From Amphiura filiformis (taxonomy: Eukaryota), in contig NC_092646.1 in the NCBI RefSeq assembly GCF_039555335.1, positions 57,946,946 to 58,010,945 of the forward strand: 64,000 nt of DNA, read 5' to 3'. Positions 50,001-61,205 of this stretch are shown in pieces. Position numbers and translations under genes: made by a program. How positions within the stretch are numbered: position 1 is the first letter of the stretch; each line of letters begins with the position of its first letter. The notes beneath the pieces were generated by a model that saw only the letters and a program-made list of their open reading frames with translations, did not search any database and was not told the DNA's origin.

Positions 50001-51304
50001 AATCGCGCCCAGCCGAAAACCGCCAAATACGGGTAACTGCCTAGTACTAAAATAATGAGCGAATCTGTCCGATCGGGCTCGAACTTGGTGGGTACAATCC
50101 AAAGATCCGTTAGTAGGCCGATCTGTGGTGGAATCCAAGTTGATACATGTGCGAAATAAAATCATCAGGTTAACCGAGGTCAAAGGTCATCACGGAGGGT
50201 TCAAATTTCAAACTTCAAAGGTCATCGGGCTGTCATCCGGTCTAAATTCTTAACTTCGCCCAATTGAATAAACGTATACTAATAGTGAAAGTAATTCTCC
50301 ATATTACGGGAGCATGAACAGAATCAAACCGAGATCATTTGAGGTCAAAGGTCAAATGGGGTCAAATGTTAGGGTATAACCCTTAAAGGTCAGTGTTACA
50401 AAAAATCCTCAATATAACATGAACTATGCAGTTACTCTTACAGCTACGGGTGACTAGCCAAATGGGCTATCATTTCACAAATTTTCGGCCTTTTCAAACC
50501 AGGTAGAGGGCAGAGCAGCACAGCAAACTCATTTCAGAAGAACCAAAGACAAACCAAACAGCCTTTTAGGGCTACCTTTTATCCTAAAAAGAGAAATGAC
50601 TTATGTTGTAAATAGAAAAGAAAGCAAGAAACAACAAAGTAAGAAAGTAAGAAACATAATAAAACAAAAAGGCATAAATAACCAAGAAAAAATAAGTAAT
50701 TGCAAGTATAAAGCAAAAGAAATCCCATTCGTCATCCATTTTACCCACAAATTAATGACACTATTAACAACATCCATTGCCCAAAGCCCATTCCATAAAT
50801 AAAGTTATTTTATAAAGTTATCATTAAGGAATGTTTGATATTCATGCATGGTATGTGTACTCCTTTTCAATCTTTGAAGTAGCCAAACCTTCTCCGTGGA
50901 CAGAGTGAAAAACGGGTACATTTCTTTAAAAGAGCATATCTTCAAAAGTTGTGAGCAAATTGATATAATATTATTGTTTTGGTTTATTATAAAAGCTAAC
51001 GACTCAGGTTTCTTTAAGTCTTCTTTACATACCAAAATATATTTGATGAACTCTTCAGAAATAGGAGAAAAAGAGGGCGCAATGAGGGGCCTCTTTTTTG
51101 GGACACTCTGTATTTGGCCTTTTTAAGCTTTTTTAGCCTAAATAGTGCAAATCCACATTTCCACAATATTTCTCCATTTAGCAAAAAAATTCGCACTATT
51201 CTGTCGTCAAAAGGTGCTCATTGGGCTATTTTTCAAAAATTTTTCAAACCATCCCCCATGTCAAAAAAAGAAATCTACGCCACTGCGGGCACCACAAATA
51301 CAAT

Positions 51305-51735
51305 TTAGGGGCTGTGCACTAATTATGAGCCCTGGTACATGATGGGAGGGTAAAATTGGGGGGTGGGGTGGGGGGGGTGGCAAGAATTTTTGGCGAGCCG
51401 AAGGGGTGGGGTGGCAAGCAATTTTTGTCAAGCAGAGAGGGGAGGGGACAAGTGATTTTTGACACATATTCATAGGGAGCCTTTTAAATAAAACGCTCTA
51501 AAAAGGCTTTATAGGAAAACACCATGGAAGAAACGTATAGGCCTAGCCTATATGTAGGCCCTATTATACAAATGTTCCTTTAAGGTTTGCAAAATTAATG
51601 TGCAAAGGAGGGTGGGAGCAATTGTTTTTGCATCTCGAGGGAGGGGAGCGATTTTGGGGGGCTGAGAGGAGGGGGGGGTAAGCGATTTTTGGCGAGCCAT
51701 TTGGAAATTTTACCCAAGGGGGACTCATAATTATT
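51305..51735. mobile_element. Foldback/MITE with TIR GGGGCTGTGCACTAATTATGAGYCC and G-rich internal subrepeats (GGGGTGGCAAGCAATTTTTG x5)
   Basis: 51305-51330 is the reverse complement of 51710-51735. Interior GGTGGCAAGAATTTTTGGCGAGCCGAAGGGGTGGGGTGGCAAGCAATTTTTGTCAAGCAGAGAGGGGAGGGGACAAGTGATTTTTGAC. Confidence 0.65.
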
Positions 51736-52479
51736 GCACAGCCTCTTAGGTCTTCATTTTGAAAAAGTTTTGTCGGGGGGGGGCGACAGCGACCACATCC
51801 CTGCAGACATCAGTGGCGTAACTACGGGGGGAGGGGGAATTATTTATTAGCTTTTATTCCAGTTTTGCACCATATTTCATCACTTTAGCTTCAAAATTTT
51901 TCGCATTTGTTCCATAAACTTATTCTGTCGCAAAAAGGTGCTGAATTCACTATACTTCAAGATTTTTTTTCAACAACACCACCCCCCCTCCCCAATGTCA
52001 AAAAAGAAAGTTTCACCACTGTAAATCGGCCTCACTTAAATAATGCCGATGCCATTCCCACACCCCTGCGTCTAAAATATTCTCGGGTGGGGGAGGTAGA
52101 CCGGGGGCGCCAATTTAGTTTATGCCTCACGGGCGCTACCAAGTTACGCCAATGGCAGACATCCCCTCCTCCTAGCCTATACATTCAGTTTGTTAATTTT
52201 CCCCAAATTGGGCCCCCGGGATTGGGCCCTCTCTAACTATAGTCTAGATCCGCCACTTACCCTCTCCCCCCCACTTTTTCGGGCTTGCCAAAAAATTCTT
52301 GTCTCCTTTAGGCCTATATAGGGCCTGCCTACCATTTTTGTAAAATAAACTAAAATCATTTGAATTTGAGAAAAATCATTTTGAAAGTAAATTTTGCTTT
52401 TATTCCGTGTTAAACTATGTAAAAACGGAATGAAACAAAATTTACAATTACAGAACTAAAACAATAAATCCGAGGACCT

Positions 52480-53118
52480 GGTTCCGCCCGCAGCAGCCGC
52501 TTTCCAACTTGGTAGAGCGCGCGAATTTGCCGGGAATTTTTGAACTCATCCAGTAAATTTTTAAAAATCACCCCTATTTCTATAATGTAAAGTTCTAGTG
52601 AAATGCCCAAAATAGGTCAAGTGATCCAGCTGACCCTTTCGCGGGGTTTCGCAAGTTTAGACCACATTTTAACTGTTTTTGCCAATAAAAGTCGGATATT
52701 ACCTGAACTTAAATGATGCTTTAGGTGCTCAACATCGTTATTCAGTGGTGAATGTAACTCACTGTTTGAGAACAATTCCACTTTGGTCCAAAAACATGAA
52801 AAACTACCAATGCGCATTTTATGGCGCGCCATTAAAGAGCGACCTACAATTACCCATATTTGGTAAATCTCATAAATATTCAGTAATACCAAAATATTTG
52901 GGAAACATGAAATGTAAACAAATTTGGGGGATTCGTGTTGCATATTTGTACCGAAAAAGTGCTCTCTATCACATCGGTGAAATATCTAGTGATTGCAATA
53001 ATACAAAAATGCCGGAAAGCTTGTTAAAAGGAGAAATACTGATGAAAAACGAGATGACATTGGGAGTGTCAGTCAGTCAGCTGAGCGCAACATAATTAAC
53101 ATAAGTAAACAATTACCC
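52480..53118 (+). promoter_or_regulatory. ZNF367-like promoter/5'UTR with CCAAT box (52807-52811) and E2F-like GC palindromes (AGCGCGCGAATTT 52515-52527; GGCGCGCC 52823-52830)
   Basis: It lies immediately upstream of the ATG at 53119 (Kozak ACCCATGG). The motifs were read directly from the sequence; their function is inferred. Confidence 0.35.
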
Positions 53119-53605
53119 ATGGATCCACTTCCGGTTAAAATTAAAGCGCCAAATTCATCGGTTTTAATTTGGCGCGGAAGTCATTGTACACAAACCAGCT
53201 CGATCAGTGAAGACACCATGGCTACCGTTCTCACAAATTCTCCGTCTAAAATCATTCCAAATGTCATCATCAGGTCTCCAGTCAGGCCTTTACGGTTTGA
53301 TATGACTCCGATGAGCCCCATGAGTCCAGGTTTGGGCGATTTCTACCCATGGAAATGGCATGAAAGTGCAAGAAACGTCGAATTTAGCCCGGCAAGCACT
53401 TGCAGTTCGCCGAGAACGCCGGGTTCGGAATGCACCATCTCCAGCCCACGTACAAGGGGACGACCGAGGGCTGAAACCATTCCAGATCTCCAGCGAGAAG
53501 GAACTTCATTGCCTGTTGAATCTCCAGTTGGCATCAAATGCAGAATTTGTTCACGAGTTTTTCCACGAGAGAAATCTTTACAAGCACACATGAGAACTCA
53601 CACAG
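53119..53605 (+). CDS. ZNF367: ZNF367-like C2H2 zinc-finger protein, coding exon 1 (includes RGRPRAE AT-hook-like motif and finger 1 CRICSRVFPREKSLQAHMRTH)
   Basis: MDPLPV...SPGLGDFYPWKWHESARNVEFSP...RTRGRPRAETIPDLQREG...IKCRICSRVFPREKSLQAHMRTHTG. Donor ACAG|gtaagc, phase 1. Motifs match vertebrate ZNF367 as I recall it (YPWRWGENAHNV, RGRPRADTVRDLINEG, CNICNRVFPREKSLQAHKRTHTG). Confidence 0.75.
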
Positions 53606-54272
53606 GTAAGCTTAATCTTTAAACATGTTAAAGTAGTCCTTTTAAATTTTCATCCAGGCCGATCACATTCACGTACATGTATGATGATCATCATCATGCA
53701 TACATGATCATGATGATAATTATGTAGTTATATAAATAATACAACATTTATGTTAATACATTCAGTGTTTACAGTTTCTCATCGACGCATGGACGTTTAT
53801 ATTGTATTTGTTGAACTTGTACACGTCTAATATTTCTATTAATTTTTATTCTAAAAAAGATTATTGTACGGTACTTTATAAAAAAAATAATGTAAAATTG
53901 ATCAAGATCATCACATCATGATTCACAATAGAATACATTCAATATATTTTGATTCATTCATTTCTTTAATCTCGGTCTCATCTGTTCTGACATTTTTGAG
54001 ATATTTTGTCGTTTTTTAATTGTGATCTTTGACTTTTAGTTTAATATTGTTGGCAATCAACTTTTCTTTAGTCGAGTTAGAAAACAGTTTCACTTTCATT
54101 TTTGAAACCACGCGTGATATTCTTGTCATTACAATGGCAATGCCATGGTTGATTTTGGCAATTTGTTTTGTTTTGTGAATTTTGTGTGCATAAAGCGGCC
54201 TATACAATGTCAATATGACTCAACATTGTGTCTTAAAATAATTCTAAAAAATTAAAAATTATTATTTTATAT

Positions 54273-54647
54273 TTAGGGGTATTACACCTTGCCAAATTTT
54301 TTGCCTATTTTTGCATTTTTCTCAAAAATTATAGCGTATTGGTGACAAGTAAGATATGTATATATTATAGGGGCAAGGACTACAACTACTGCACTGGAAA
54401 TTTTATTTCAGCTCAGACAACAGTTGTGGAGTTACAGTCAAAAATGAGGGAAAACCAATATTTGATCAATAAATCAATAACTACTTGATGTGAGTTGCTG
54501 AATTTTCAGTGCAGTAGTTGTAGTCCTTGCCCCTATCAGAGTGCCCCTATAATATACATACTGCTTGGCACCAATGCGCTATAATTTTTGAGAAAAATGC
54601 AAAAATAGGCACAAAATTGGCCAGGGGTGTAGTACCCCCTTAAAGTT
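54273..54647. mobile_element. MITE family B copy inside ZNF367-like intron 1
   Basis: TTTAGGGGTATTACACCTTGCCAAATTTTTTGCC...GGCCAGGGGTGTAGTACCCCCTTAAAG. Confidence 0.8.
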
Positions 54648-54795
54648 GCTTGTCAAAAAATTGCAAGAACTACTAGTATGGTACTAGTCTTTCGTATCAT
54701 ATTTTCTCCACAAAATTGATCTTCTTGAAATTTGAAGTAGTCTTTTTTGTAATAGATATAAAGAGCAGAATACACATCCTAAATCAAATATTATC

Positions 54796-55040
54796 AGGCC
54801 TCGAAATAAGCCAGAATTTCTCAGGGCCATTTGGGCCCTCGATCATAAATGTTTGAGGGCCCTCACAAACTTTTGTGGGCCCAAATTTGGGCCATTGGTT
54901 TTAACCTATGAACCCCACAAAAAAGTGAGAAAAATTGTAAATTTTTTGCGGGCCATTTGGGCCCACTGGATGTATCTTTTGCGGGCCCTCACTAATTTTC
55001 GGGGGCCGAGGGCCCTTGTGCCCTCCTTATTTCGAGCCCT
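54796..55040. mobile_element. MITE with TIR GGCCTCGAAATAAG and internal GGGCCATTTGGGCCC palindromic subrepeats (in ZNF367-like intron 1)
   Basis: CAGGCCTCGAAATAAGCC ... CCTTATTTCGAGCCCTG. GGGCC(N)GGGCCC motifs at 54826, 54855, 54872, 54950, 54975, 55000. Confidence 0.6.
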
Positions 55041-56559
55041 GAATATTATATATTGGGCTAATATTTTACAACCAAGCTCTCTGATATGGTTGGCAAATTG
55101 GCATTAAAGATTTGCATGTACACAGTCCACCACAGTCCAACCCTCTTTCATTGACTGTTTTTTAAAGTCCGCCAAAAACCACTAAGCAAGTGAGCCAGGC
55201 AGGCAGCTTTGCATGGGTCTTTGTTTACCCAACCCTGAAGGCCATTTGTGTGCTCTATTGTGGTGCCTGGCTACAGTGGCCCATCAATGCTTTCCCATGA
55301 TGCATTAAAAATAAAGGAACTGTATGTCCAATGGTAGTGTATGACTGGAATAAACCACATTTGAGATGGAATACTAGTATGGGCAAATAAAAAAAATGAA
55401 ACAATGTATGCGGTGTGCCATGTCGGCACCAGGAATCAAATGTTGAAATTTATGGAAGCAATCATTTTTTTCTGTTTAAAAAAATTAAAAAAATAGATTC
55501 AATATTTAGGTGTCAAATTGACAAAAAATGTTTCCCCTTTTTAATACGCCATGTTTTCCCCTAGCCTTTTTCTCATTGACATTGAAAACTTGATTATTAA
55601 AATATTCAGATTATTCTCCGCTCGGGAGTCGGGATCCTCAAAAAATATTCTCAGTCAAAAATTTTTTTTTAACTTGTAAAATCTTTGAATTACAAAAGAA
55701 ATAAGAAATATTGGGCCTAAATGTGGGGTTTTTTTTAAAGATAATTTTTAACTTGTTGATATAACCGTAAATATTTTAAATGAATAATATTCATTGAATA
55801 TGGTAATTACCAAAAGTTCTGTGTACCGTACCAGTTAAAATTCGCCCATCTTGACTCCTGCGTGACCAAGCAAGCTAAAAAAAAATAGATGAAATCCGTG
55901 CAATTTTAAAGGTTGCAATAATTATTACATTGCATCATGGGATGTGTTTAAATCAAGCCCTGCTTTAGCTTCACACTTAATAAGCGGGAAGTTTTAAACT
56001 GCATATAAAACCAATACTCAATGGGCTGGCTAGAATTGAAAACATTGATTTCATTTCAAATTCATTGATCCAGTCTGCTTATTACAAGGTTGCAATCTGT
56101 TTACACATCAAATGATGTAGTTGATACTGGTAGATTATTCTATTTATAGTGGGTCATTTTCACTACCCTGGATATAAAATTTGTTAATAAATTTTAATAA
56201 ATTATAAAAATAAAATAAATTTAATAAAATGAAAAATATGGAATCCCATCCCATAGCATTCAAACTCTTTTCCATTAAACCACAGCTACCCATAAAATTA
56301 CTGCAAAATATTTCAAGTTGAAATCATGTATTTTTAAAGGGAAAAAAATTATTGAATTGGGTCTAAGATTGTAGACCTACCTATTTGTCAATGAAATTCA
56401 TTTTAAATTAAAATATATTGATTTCATGTTTTATTTATTTGTTGTTATTGTTGTGTGTTTTTGGGTTTTTTTTAGTTGCCAGCATAGCTGCAACCCTGCT
56501 TACAGATAAATCTTCAAAGTGCACCAGTTTTAAGATATTTTGTTTTTGTTTGTTTCAGG

Positions 56560-56679
56560 TGAGAGGCCGTACATGTGTGACTATCCCAACTGTGGTCGGG
56601 CCTTCGTACAGAGTGGGCAGCTTAAGACACATCAGCGTCTTCACACGGGAGAAAAACCATTTGCTTGTTCTGTTGAAGG
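56560..56679 (+). CDS. ZNF367: ZNF367-like coding exon 2 (finger 2: [39 protein letters not shown])
   Basis: Acceptor ttgtttgtttcag|G, donor GAAG|gtgagc. The [27 protein letters not shown] motif is conserved in ZNF367. Confidence 0.8.
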
Positions 56680-56840
56680 TGAGCAATACATTCTACAAAT
56701 GTATGGGGCAAACTGACCCAGATTTTTGTATAAATATTTTGTTGCAAAAATGTATATTTTCTTTTGTTTTTTAACAATAACAATTGGGGTTTTTGCATTT
56801 GAAGGTTCTGAACATTGAAATAAGTAAGACTATAGAAAAC

Positions 56841-57012
56841 GGGCCTTGTCTTTTGAAAATTGCTGGCGAGTGACAAATCGCTCTCCTCAAAACTTGTCAG
56901 GTGAGCTGTAGTCGAGGGATTTTAATCACTTGCATTATGTAGGCGAGTGATAAAAAGTTCTCAACTTCATTTCTGGCAAGTGATTGCTCTCACTCGCCTC
57001 AAAAGACAAGGC
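56841..57012. mobile_element. MITE family F-like (TIR GGCCTTGTCTTTTGA...CAAAAGACAAGGCC), in ZNF367-like intron 2
   Basis: Terminal inverted repeats are visible. Internal GCGAGTGA...TCACTTGC / CAAGTGATTGCTCTCACTCGCC palindromes. Confidence 0.6.
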
Positions 57013-57191
57013 CTGAGAAAATATGGACCAACTCCAGAAAATGATGGGAGGTCACAGGGATCAGAACAAACAAAATTATTTTAGATACAGCCTCATGAAC
57101 AAGCAAGTTTGATTGGCAATTTTTATTAAGAACTTATTGAATACATCAATACCAAAGGTAATCATACTATTATTTTGTTTTTTCCCTCCAG

Positions 57192-57339
57192 ATTGTAAGA
57201 GTCGTTTTACCCATGCTAATAGACACTGTACAGAGCATCCGTTTGCCAGTCTTAAGAGAGTTACCACAGAAGTAGCATTAGAAGATCTCAACTTTAAGAT
57301 GGATGAAAACTCACAAGAAGTCATTGAATGGTTACACAG
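57192..57339 (+). CDS. ZNF367: ZNF367-like coding exon 3 (atypical finger 3 GCKSRFTHANRHCTEHP, then ...EVIEWLHR)
   Basis: Acceptor ttttccctccag|A, donor ACAG|gtaaga, phase-consistent. GC.SRFTHANRHC..HP matches ZNF367. Confidence 0.8.
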
Positions 57340-57941
57340 GTAAGAAATCAGACTGCATTATGGGATGCAATCATGCAAATGAGATGATTGAGCAAATTCA
57401 GGCTACTGCTGTAAATGCAGATATTGTTGGGCGATTAATTTATAATTGCGCCCTTGCCAGTTTCTGAATGTCCGACTTTCCAGAAATGGTGTTTTTGAAA
57501 AATCTTTGGAAACTAGATATGACATCCTAAAAACAAAAGTCCTCTCGCTAGGGGGGAGAGGGGATCAAAATGTCCACAATTTTACGTTTATAAGCAAATT
57601 TCTGAAATTACTGGCCAAAGTTGATCTTTCCAGTTGGAATTTTCAACATTTTACACTTCAGGTCAGGGAGGGGGTTATCCTAAAGATTACAAACTCACTT
57701 TCTTTTATATTAATAGAACATTGTTCCCATACAAGACTGACATTGAAATGGCAATTTAGCATGTATGTTTCTGAAGAATACCAGACACAGTACAAATTAT
57801 GCATTGTACTACCTAGTTCATTTATTCACAAAATTTAAATAACTGGAACAGAGAATGTGTGAATTTGTGAAACACACCCTCTTGGAATATCTGATCTCGC
57901 GACTCAACTTCCAATATCTTGCTTTGTTCTCCATTCACCAG

Positions 57942-58161
57942 GTACGCTGAAGGCCAACGCAACAAGCACCAATCAACTCACGAAAAGAAACAAAAACGTA
58001 AGCTCAGCAGCGGTGAAGGCGATGATTACCCTAATATCACAGAAACACCGAAGCGTCCTCGAGTAACAGCCAGGAGGAGATTACAAGAGCAACGAGAAAA
58101 ATTAATGGGCGCTATGGCGCTGATTGAACTAGCTGAACAATTGCCTGGCAGTGCCTCATGA
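57942..58161 (+). CDS. ZNF367: ZNF367-like terminal coding exon (...RRRLQEQREKLMGAMALIELAEQLPGSAS*)
   Basis: Acceptor ccattcaccag|G. The C-terminal coiled-coil-like RRLQEQRE.L.GA.ALIELA motif matches the ZNF367 C-terminus. Stop TGA at 58159-58161. Confidence 0.75.
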
Positions 58162-58842
58162 ACTTGAAAAACTATGGGTGGGGTGGATTTTATACTCGGG
58201 TAGGGATGGGGTGAGAAAGTTAACAGTTCCACGTTAACTGTTATATTACAGGCATATCATTCCTCAATATTTACATTTATGTAAGCCTACTGGACCAGAG
58301 TACCAAGGTAATGTTTTAAACCATATGCTGATGTGTGCTTTCAAAATTGACAACATTCTGTAGTTCGGTTCACCTCAAGTTTGGTAATGATGGCAATTTG
58401 CTTTTTGGTGGTTACGCAGCAAGCGTGCCAACGAACTACCCTTGTTCATGTGCATTACACATACACTCTGCGCACATGATTAACTTAATGCATGCAATTG
58501 CGATCAGCGCCAATATGCACAATACCAAACTTGAGATGAACTAACTAGCGGTTAGTGCAGTGTCATCAAAGGGAAAGCCCATGGCCTCAGTAGCTTGTTC
58601 AAACAATTCTTATTTTTAAGGAAAGATTGGCCAAGATAAGGACAGCACTAGAAACCAAGCAAACTTGTTGAAGCATACAGCATGAAGTGAGAATTTTAAT
58701 GTTACATTGATTTCACATTCCAATCAGCTACTGGGAAAATGTCCATGTAAGCAGCTTAGAATTTCAAATCGAAAAACAAGCGGGAAAAAAAGGGCAGAAA
58801 ATTCCACTCTTGCAATAGCTCATGTAATTGTTGAATTGGGCT

Positions 58843-59110
58843 ATTCCAGTTAACACTACCCCTGTGGACAATTTTGGAAATATATTCCACAGGGGGAGTA
58901 TGTTTTTCAAATGTAACTGGTCAGAGGTAATCATTTTGAAACACATACTCCCCCTGTAATATGGCTTTACCTATATCTTCCACAACTGGAGTGAGTATTT
59001 CAAGTAGAAGTTAGTTACCCAACTGTCTATTCTATTTGAAACTCATACTCCCTCTGTGGAAGACTTAAGCTAAATCTTCCACAGGGGGAGTGTGGATTTA
59101 AATGGAATAG
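58843..59110. mobile_element. Two adjacent copies of a divergent A-like hairpin MITE subfamily (CCACAGGGGGAGTATG...TTCAAAT)
   Basis: ATTCCACAGGGGGAGTATGTTTTTCAAATG...ACATACTCCCCCTG and CTCATACTCCCTCTGTGGAAGACTTAAGCTAAATCTTCCACAGGGGGAGTGTGGATTTAAATGGAATAG. A similar copy is at 63123-63262. Confidence 0.6.
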
Positions 59111-59222
59111 TCCATTGGAATCATGTGTCAACTGACATTGATAGGGGAACTTAATTTATGTTTGAATAGCACATATTTTCTACTTGTTTCCCCTAAAAAC
59201 AATTCAGTCTGAAAATGATACG

Positions 59223-59554
59223 CAGACCTGCCAACTGTCCCTCATTTTGAGGGACTGTCCCTCATTTGGGGTTTACCAAAGTGAAAATGAGGGACAGTCC
59301 TGTTTTCTGAAAATTTCAGTGATGGCAAATTTAAATGTAAGAACAGCAGAAAATGATGAAAATGTAACTTTGAAATTTGCTATAGCATTCTCTTTAGTCG
59401 CTTGTGATAAATTCAGACCTGCAAAACCTTCTCTTAATTCTGAAAATATTGCACACCTCAAGTCTTTGAATTTGTCTGTACCTGGTTTGTGTACATGTAC
59501 AAGCTTTTGGTCTCAATGTCCCTTATTCTGACTTAGGTAGGTTGGCAGGTCTGG
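59223..59554. mobile_element. MITE family C, copy 2
   Basis: About 85% identical to 12446-12784. The ORF-track proteins 12470-12760 and 59184-59531 are near-identical (RDCPSFGVYQSENEGQSCFLKIS...). Confidence 0.8.
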
Positions 59555-59591
59555 ATACGTTCAAAAACACAATTTAGTTGGGATGGGGAGT

Positions 59592-59740
59592 CCAGGGACT
59601 GTCTTTTGGAATTTGCAGGAGAGCATTAAATAGCTCTTCTGGAGCCTTCAAGGAGAGCTAGAAATCACTCTCCTATCTCAGATATAAGGAGAGCTGTAAA
59701 GAGTGATTGCTCTCACACTCCTCAAAAGGCAGTCCCTGGG
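59592..59740. mobile_element. MITE family F (TIR GGGACTGTCTTTTGGAATTTG...CAAAAGGCAGTCCC), copy
   Basis: Internal GGAGAGCTRKAAATCACTCTCC palindromes. Second copy at 60812-61003. Confidence 0.7.
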
Positions 59741-60811
59741 AGTCGATGACATAACAACTTTCTGATCTGGGTTCATTTTTAATAAACATGTACAAAGATA
59801 TTGTAGATAAGATTTTACCATTATGTGTGTTTGAAGGTCCAAGACCTAATGTGTTGCTAGCTACTACATGTAAAACATGTCCATATTGCAAACGTCATGT
59901 CACAGCTGTATTTTGTCTATTTGTCACAAAATACAATTATTGTGTAATGTAAGTAACACTTTAATGTGAAAATGTGTTGAAGAAAGTTTATTTTGACTGA
60001 GTGGGGAAAGAGGGGAAAAGCGCATGAATTCCGCTTTTACAATATCTTCACTTTTTTTGTCTACTAAGCACTTCTTTTACTCAAGTTATAAGTTATACCG
60101 GTAGTTTTTGCAAGCAATACCATTCTTGGGATTGGGAACCATAGGTTTTCAGTATGCAGCTTCCTCCTCTTTTTTAGAAAATTGAAATATTGCTTTTTTG
60201 ATAGCGATATTTTTTGGTCACTTGAACCGAATATGGTTGCACAGTGCAAGCATTAAATTTTGATTCGATCTCGCCAAAACTACTCAATTGGAAGAGTATG
60301 CCCCCTGTCAATCACATTCTAAATGAATCATACCTTTCCTTGTATCAATCGTCAATATCAAGTCAAATTCAGTCAGACTATACTTGTCTTTGTGTAGTGT
60401 TTACTCTGTGTATGATGTTTTTGTATATTTATAAGATTGAATGTCGTAAGAGACGCTAAACTGTAAACAGTGTACATGTAACTTAGTTTTGGGTTGTACT
60501 AATACTAGCATATATTTCTGAAGCTGATGCTTTTGTGTGCCAATGGTCCTGCCTGCCCAAGTAAAAATCCAATATCAGGAAATAATATAAATAGATCAAT
60601 TCCGAAAGGAAAATGTATCTATATGGCAGGCACTAAGTGATCAATGCGTGTATATTTCGATGTTCTACAATCTGGTGCCATGCCGTATTCCATGAAACTA
60701 AAGGCCAAATGACACCAGACCACATATATTTAACTGTATTTTGTGATAAGCAGAGGGTAAGATCATCACAGAAATTTTGGTACTACTTGCAGTGAGAGTC
60801 ATGGATGTCTC

Positions 60812-61003
60812 GGGGACTGTCTTTTGGAATTTGGAGGAGAGCATTAAATAGCTCTTTTGGAGCCTTCAAGGAGAGCTGTTTAGAGCATTTACAATAGAAT
60901 GTAAGGAGCCATTCTGGTTAACTGAGGAGAGCTAAAAATATCACTCTCCTATATCAGATTTAAGGAGAGCGATGCTCTCGCTCTACTTAAAAGGCAGTCC
61001 CCG
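60812..61003. mobile_element. MITE family F, copy with ~45-bp internal insertion
   Basis: Same TIRs as 59592-59740. Confidence 0.7.
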
Positions 61004-61031
61004 ATGTCTGATGATCACAGCTTATGGGTTA

Positions 61032-61205
61032 GAATTGGGCTGTTCTATTTAATATCCACATACCCCCTATATAGGTCATGACCTTAATCTCCAACACAGG
61101 GAGTACATTTCAAATGGGGTTGCCTGAAATGGGCGACTCCATATGAAATCTACACTCCACGTTTAAGATTAAGGTTATCCACAGGTGGTGTGGATTTCAA
61201 CAATA
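61032..61205. mobile_element. MITE family A, full copy
   Basis: ATCCACATACCCCCTATATAGGTCATGACCTTAATCTCCAACACAGGGAGTACATTTCAAATGGGG...GGTGGTGTGGATTTCAACAATAGC. Confidence 0.75.

Noticed and set aside
53640-53720. CATGATGATCATCATCA-type low-complexity blocks at 53650-53720 and 39960-40060 near both gene 5' regions
   Set aside because: Short AT-rich near-palindromic simple sequence. The similarity between the two sites is low-complexity driven, and there is no evidence of function.
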